DNA from: Balanoglossus misakiensis
Taxonomy: Eukaryota; Animalia; Hemichordata
Length of the DNA stretch: 64,000 nt
Assembly: GCA_040954595.2 (NCBI GenBank)
Contig: CM082576.2
Location: 18,709,028-18,773,027, forward strand
Reading direction: 5' to 3'
A program made the position numbers and the translations under genes. How positions within the stretch are numbered: the stretch's first letter is position 1; the number at the start of each line of letters is the position of its first letter. Shown here one piece after another: positions 58,050-64,000 of the stretch. The notes below the pieces were generated by a model that ran no database searches, was not told the DNA's origin, and saw only the letters and a list, made by a program, of their open reading frames with translations.

Positions 58050-61000
58050 TTTTTTTCAAAATTGAACGAACCCATGATTTTTTTCAAAAATCGACGAAAT
58101 TTTGAGATTTTGCAAAGTCGAAAATTTGTCATTTTTTGATGATTTTCACCAATGATTTTTTTCAAAAATCGACGAAATTTTGAGATTTTGCAAAGTCGAA
58201 AATTTGTCATTTTTTGATGATTTTCACCCAAGACTTTTTTTCAAAAATTTACGAAATTTTGAGATTTTGCAAAGTCGAAAATTTGTCATTTTTTGATGAT
58301 TTTCACCCATGTTTTTTTTCAAAATTGAACGAACCCATGATTTTTTTCAAAAATCGACGAAATTTTGAGATTTTGCAAAGTCGAAAATTTGTCGTTTTTT
58401 GATGATTTTCACCCATGATTTTTTTCAAAAATCGACAAAATTTTGAGATTTTGCAAAGACGAAAATTTGTCATTTTTTGATGATTTTCACCCATGATTTT
58501 TTTCAAAAGTCGACGAAATTTTGAGATTTTGCAAAGACAAAATTGTTTCATTTTTTGATGATTTTCACCCGTGATTTTTTTCAAAAATAGACAAAATTTT
58601 GAGATTTTGCAAAGTCGAAAATTTGTAATTTTTTGATGATTTTCACCCATGTTTTTTTTCAAAATTGAACGAACCCATGATTTTTTTTCAAAAATCGACA
58701 AAATTTTGAGATTTTGCATAGCCGAAAATTTGTCATTTTTTGATGATTTTCACCCATGATTTTTCTCAAAAATCGACAAAATTTTTAGATTTTGCAAAGT
58801 CGAAAATTTGTCATTTTTTGATTATTTTCACCCATGATTTTTTTTCAAAAATCGACAAAATTTTTAGATTTTGCAAAGTCGAAAATTTGTCATTTTTTGA
58901 TGATTTTCACCATGATTTTTTTTTTAAAAATCGACGAAATTTTGAGATTTTGCAAAGACGAAAATTTGTCATTTTTTGATGATTTTCACCCATGATTTTT
59001 TTTCAAAAATGTACGAAATTTTGAGATTTTGCAAAGTCGAAAATTTGTCGTTTTTTGATGATTTTCACCCATGATTTTTTTCAAAAATCGACAAAATTTT
59101 GAGATTTTGCAAAGACGAAAATTTGTCATTTTTTGATGATTTTCACCCATGATTTTTTTCAAAAGTCGACGAAATTTTGAGATTTTGCAGAGACAAAATT
59201 TTTTCATTTTTTGATGATTTTCACCCGTGATTTTTTTCAAAAATAGACAAAATTTTGAGATTTTGCAAAGTCGAAAATTTGTAATTTTTTGATGATTTTC
59301 ACCCATGTTTTTTTCAAAATTGAACGAACCCATGATTTTTTTCAAAAATCGACGAAATTTTGAGATTTTGCAAAGTCGAAAATTTGTCATTTTTTGATGA
59401 TTTTCACCCATGATTTTTTTCAAAAATCGACAAAATTTTTAGATTTTGCAAAGTCGAAAATTTGTCATTTTTTGGTTATTTTCACCCATGATTTTTTTCA
59501 AAAATCGACAAAATTTTTAGATTTTGCAAAGTCGAAAATTTGTCATTTTTTGATGATTTTCACCATGATTTTTTTTTTAAAAATCGACGAAATTTTGAGA
59601 TTTTGTCATTTTTTGATGATTTTCACCCATGATTTTTTTTCAAAATTGAACGAACCCATGATTTTTTTCAAAAATCGACGAAATTTTGAGATTTTGCAAA
59701 GTCGAAAATTTGTCATCTTTTGATGATTTTCACCCATGATTTTTTTCAAAAATCGACAAAATTTTTAGATTTTGCAAAGTCGAAAATTTGTCATTTTTTG
59801 ATTATTTTCACCCATGATTTTTTTCAAAAATCGACAAAATTTTTAGATTTTGCAAAGTTTAAAATTTGTCATTTTTTGATGATTTTCACCATGATTTTTT
59901 TTTTAAAAATCGACGAAATTTTGAGATTTTGCAAAGTCGAAAATTTGTCATTTTTTGATGATTTTCACCCATGATTTTTTTCAAAAATCGACAAAATTTT
60001 TAGATTTTGCAAAGTCGAAAATTTGTCATTTTTTGATTATTTTCACCCATGATTTTTTTCAAAAATCGACAAAATTTTTAGATTTTGCAAAGTCGAAAAT
60101 TTGTCATTTTTTGATGATTTTCACCATGATTTTTTTTTTAAAAATCGACGAAATTTTGAGATTTTGCAAAGACGAAAATTTGTCATTTTTTGATGATTTT
60201 CACCCATGATTTTTTTCAAAAATCGACAAAATTTTGAGATTTTGCAAAGACGAAAATTTGTCATTTTTTGATGATTTTCACCCATGATTTTTTTCAAAAG
60301 TCGACGAAATTTTGAGATTTTGCAAAGACAAAATTTTTTCATTTTTTGATGATTTTCACCCGTGATTTTTTTCAAAAATAGACAAAATTTTGAGATTTTG
60401 CAAAGTCGAAAATTTGTAATTTTTTGATGATTTTCACCCATGTTTTTTTCAAAATTGAACGAACCCATGATTTTTTTCAAAAATCGACGAAATTTTGAGA
60501 TTTTGCAAAGTCGAAAATTTGTCATTTTTTGATGATTTTCACCCATGATTTTTTTCAAAAATCGACAAAATTTTTAGATTTTGCAAAGTCGAAAATTTGT
60601 CATTTTTTGGTTATTTTCACCCATGATTTTTTTCAAAAATCGACAAAATTTTTAGATTTTGCAAAGTCGAAAATTTGTCATTTTTTGATGATTTTCACCA
60701 TGATTTTTTTTCAAAATTGAACGAACCCATGATTTTTTTCAAAAATCGACGAAATTTTGAGATTTTGCAAAGTCGAAAATTTGTCATTTTTTGATGATTT
60801 TCACCAATGATTTTTTTCAAAAATCGACGAAATTTTGAGATTTTGCAAAGTCGAAAATTTGTCATTTTTTGATGATTTTCACCCAAGACTTTTTTTCAAA
60901 AATTTACGAAATTTTGAGATTTTGCAAAGTCGAAAATTTGTCATTTTTTGATGATTTTCACCCATGTTTTTTTTCAAAATTGAACGAACCCATGATTTTT

Positions 61001-62210
61001 TTCAAAAATCGACGAAATTTTGAGATTTTGCAAAGTCGAAAATTTGTCGTTTTTTGATGATTTTCACCCATGATTTTTTTCAAAAATCGACAAAATTTTG
61101 AGATTTTGCAAAGACGAAAATTTGTCATTTTTTGATGATTTTCACCCATGATTTTTTTCAAAAGTCGACGAAATTTTGAGATTTTGCAAAGACAAAATTG
61201 TTTCATTTTTTGATGATTTTCACCCGTGATTTTTTTCAAAAATAGACAAAATTTTGAGATTTTGCAAAGTCGAAAATTTGTAATTTTTTGATGATTTTCA
61301 CCCATGTTTTTTTTCAAAATTGAACGAACCCATGATTTTTTTTCAAAAATCGACAAAATTTTGAGATTTTGCATAGCCGAAAATTTGTCATTTTTTGATG
61401 ATTTTCACCCATGATTTTTCTCAAAAATCGACAAAATTTTTAGATTTTGCAAAGTCGAAAATTTGTCATTTTTTGATTATTTTCACCCATGATTTTTTTT
61501 CAAAAATCGACAAAATTTTTAGATTTTGCAAAGTCGAAAATTTGTCATTTTTTGATGATTTTCACCATGATTTTTTTTTTAAAAATCGACGAAATTTTGA
61601 GATTTTGCAAAGACGAAAATTTGTCATTTTTTGATGATTTTCACCCATGATTTTTTTTCAAAAATGTACGAAATTTTGAGATTTTGCAAAGTCGAAAATT
61701 TGTCGTTTTTTGATGATTTTCACCCATGATTTTTTTCAAAAATCGACAAAATTTTGAGATTTTGCAAAGACGAAAATTTGTCATTTTTTGATGATTTTCA
61801 CCCATGATTTTTTTCAAAAGTCGACGAAATTTTGAGATTTTGCAGAGACAAAATTTTTTCATTTTTTGATGATTTTCACCCGTGATTTTTTTCAAAAATA
61901 GACAAAATTTTGAGATTTTGCAAAGTCGAAAATTTGTAATTTTTTGATGATTTTCACCCATGTTTTTTTCAAAATTGAACGAACCCATGATTTTTTTCAA
62001 AAATCGACGAAATTTTGAGATTTTGCAAAGTCGAAAATTTGTCATTTTTTGATGATTTTCACCCATGATTTTTTTCAAAAATCGACAAAATTTTTAGATT
62101 TTGCAAAGTCGAAAATTTGTCATTTTTTGGTTATTTTCACCCATGATTTTTTTCAAAAATCGACAAAATTTTTAGATTTTGCAAAGTCGAAAATTTGTCA
62201 TTTTTTGATG
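58050..62210. repeat. Tandem duplication with 2655-bp period (second copy partial)
   Basis: ORFs repeat at +2655 (58040/60695, 58214/60869, 58303/60958, 58740/61395, 58986/61641, 59394/62049). GCATAGCCG occurs at ~58716/61371. Confidence 0.88.
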
Positions 62211-64000
62211 ATTTTCACCCATGATTTTTTTCAAAAATCGACGAAATTTTGAGATTTTGCAAAGTCGAAAATTTGTCATTTTTTGATGATTTTCACCCAA
62301 GACTTTTTTTCAAAAATTTACGAAATTTTGAGATTTTGCAAAGTCGAAAATTTGTCATTTTTTGATGATTTTCACCCATGTTTTTTTTTTTCAAAAATCG
62401 ACGAAATTTTGAGATTTTGCAAATTCGAAAATTTGTAATTTTTTGATGATTTTCACCCATGTTTTATTTCAAAAATCAACGAACCCATGATTTTTTTTCA
62501 AAAGAGGACAAAATTTTGAGATTTTGCAAAGTCGAAAATTTGTCATTTTTTGATGATTTTCACCCATGATTTTTTTCAAAAATCGACGAAATTTTGAGAT
62601 TTTGCAAAGTCGAAAATTTGTCATTTTTTGATGATTTTCACCCATGATTTTTTTTCAAAAATCGACGAAATTTTGAGATTTTGCAAAGTCGAAAATTTGT
62701 CATTTATTAATGATTTTCACCCATGAATTTTTTTCAAAAATCGACAAAATTTTGAGATTTTGCAAAGTCGAAAATTTGTAATTTTTTGATGATTTTCACC
62801 CATGTTTTTTTTCAAAATTGAACGAACCCATGATTTTTTTCAAAAATCGACGAAATTTTGAGATTTTGCAAAGTCGAAAATTTGTCATTTTTTGATGATT
62901 TTCACCCATGATTTTTTTCAAAAATCGACAAAATTTTTAGATTTTGCAAAGTCGAAAATTTGTCATTTTTTGATTATTTTCTCCCATGATTTTTTTCAAA
63001 AATCGACAAAATTTTTAGATTTTGCAAAGTCGAAAATTTGTCGTTTTTTTTCAAAAATCAACGAACCCATGATTTTTTTTCAAAAAAGGACAAAATTTTG
63101 AGATTTTGCAAAGTCGAAAATTTGTCATTTTTTGATGATTTTCACCCATGATTTTTTTTCAAAAATGTACGAAATTTTGAGATTTTGCAAAGACAAAATT
63201 TTTTCATTTTTTGATGATTTTCACCCGTGATTTTTTTCAAAAATAGACAAAATTTTGAGATTTTGCAAAGTCGAAAATTTGACATTTTTTGATGATTTTC
63301 ACCCATGTTTTTTTTCAAAAATCAACGAACCCATGATTTTTTTTCAAAAATCGACGAAATTTAGAAATTTTGCAAAGTCGAAAATTTGTCATTTCTTAAT
63401 GATTTTCACCCATGTTTTTTTTTCAAAAATCGACAAAATTTTGAGATTTTGCAAAGTCGAAAATTTGTAATTTTTTGATGATTTTCACCAATGTTTTTTT
63501 TAAAAATCAACGAACCCATGATTTTTTTCAAAAATTGACAACATTTTGAGATTTTGCAAAGTCGAAAATTTGTCATTTTTTGATGATTTTCACCCATGAT
63601 TTTTCTCAAAAATCGACGAAATTTTGAGATTTTGCAAAGTCGAAAATTTTTCATTTTTTGATGATTTTCACCCATGATTTTTTTCAAAAATCTACGAAAT
63701 TTTGAGATTTTGCAAAGTCGAACATTTGTCATTTTTTGATGATTTTCACCCATGATTTTTTTCAAAAATCTGCGAAATTTTGAGATTTTGCAAAGTCGAA
63801 AATTTGTCATTTATTAATGATTTTCACCCATGATTTTTTTCAAAAATCGACGAAATTTGAGATTTTGCAAATTCGAAAATTTGTAATTTTTTAATGATTT
63901 TCACCCTTTTTTTTCAAAAATCAACGAACCCATGATTTTTTTTCAAAAATCGACAAAATTTTGAGATTTTGCAAAGCCGAAAATTTGTCATTTTTTGATG
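62200..64000. repeat. Return to left-domain-type monomer variants
   Basis: AAATTCG, CAAAAATCAACGAA, AAAGAGGAC, TATTAAT, TTTCTTAAT, TCTACG, TCTGCG and GCCG reappear. These are typical of 1-27 kb and rare or absent in 30-62 kb. Confidence 0.85.

Larger units (their letters stand above)
27900..62200. repeat. Homogeneous young satellite domain built on a 653-bp HOR (8 monomers + 1 short unit) and a 1230/1214-bp HOR
   Basis: An ordered variant cassette recurs: AATGTACG..GTCGTTTT, GACAAAA..AAGACG, AAAAGTCGAC..GACAAAATTTTTTC, CCCGTGA..ATAGAC..GTAA, short unit, GGTTATT, CACCATGA-T10-AAAAA. ORF offsets are 653 (39121/39774, 41954/42607, 45484/46137), 1230 (30331/31561) and 1214 (37427/38641, 37907/39121). 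Confidence 0.9.
1..64000. repeat. 78-bp AT-rich tandem satellite DNA array, single orientation, extending beyond both window ends
   Basis: The consensus CACCCATGA-T7-CAAAAATCGACGAAATTTTGAGATTTTGCAAAGTCGAAAATTTGTCATTTTTTGATGATTTT recurs every 77-80 bp throughout. The ORF track shows the matching 26-aa period (MGENHQKMTNFRLCKISKFRRFLKKI). No non-satellite sequence or reverse-oriented monomer was seen. Confidence 0.99.

Noticed and set aside
7606-63470. Plus-strand Phe-rich ORFs (MMIFTHDFFQKSTKFLDFAKSKICHFL...)
   Set aside because: They mostly arise where the TTTTGAGA>TTTTTAGA variant removes a TGA in consecutive monomers. They are repeat translations, useful only as HOR markers.
15-63810. Minus-strand ORFs encoding a basic 26-aa repeat (MGENHQKMTNFRLCKISKFRRFLKKI), up to 159 aa
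   Set aside because: The monomer length is a multiple of 3, the consensus has no TA, and its three TCA triplets fall in only two frames, so one frame is open by construction. Frequent homopolymer indels break the frame every few monomers, there is no unique N- or C-terminal sequence, and I recognise no domain.
1-64000. CRISPR-like array or array of small-RNA or recombination cassettes (27-28 bp unit with ~50-78 bp intervals)
   Set aside because: There are no unique spacers, since the intervening DNA is the same monomer. No leader, cas, integrase or reverse transcriptase gene is present.
1-64000. CENP-B box, telomeric repeats, rDNA/5S/tRNA arrays, or assignment to a named satellite or taxon
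   Set aside because: I saw no TTCG-N4-A-N2-CGGG motif, no telomeric G-rich units and no structural RNA motifs. I do not recognise the monomer, and a database search is required.
1-64000. Monomer variants as a combinatorial code or programmed diversification system
   Set aside because: Variant order is accounted for by nested duplications and whole-monomer deletions, which is ordinary satellite turnover. Nothing indicates a templated, enzyme-directed mechanism.

Overview
All 64 kb are one uninterrupted head-to-tail satellite DNA array that runs off both ends of the window. I found no genes, RNA genes, transposons, CRISPR spacers, inversions or unique sequence. The monomer is 78 bp (consensus CACCCATGATTTTTTTCAAAAATCGACGAAATTTTGAGATTTTGCAAAGTCGAAAATTTGTCATTTTTTGATGATTTT, 21/78 = 27% GC), present in roughly 770-800 copies by my estimate. 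A 27-28 bp truncated unit (CCCATG-T7/8-CAAAATTGAACGAA or CAAAAATCAACGAA) is interspersed every few monomers. Every ORF in the track is a translation of this repeat (26-aa period) and is rejected as coding. The interest lies in the architecture. (1) A left domain (1-~27.9 kb) has ~0.69, ~1.0-1.1 and ~4.8-5.0 kb higher-order repeats (HORs). (2) A 3.2 kb island of a divergent monomer subfamily (~16.7-19.9 kb) is flanked by an almost exact ~2.2 kb direct duplication. (3) A younger, more homogeneous domain (~27.9-62.2 kb) is built on 653 and 1230/1214 bp HORs with 2.6-3.8 kb tandem and 12-17.5 kb dispersed duplications. (4) Left-type variants return in the last 1.8 kb. This looks like a eukaryotic centromeric, pericentromeric or heterochromatic satellite, but neither organism nor function can be established from sequence alone. 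I see no support for a novel protein- or RNA-coding system. All counts and offsets were obtained by eye and from ORF-track coordinates, so boundaries are approximate.
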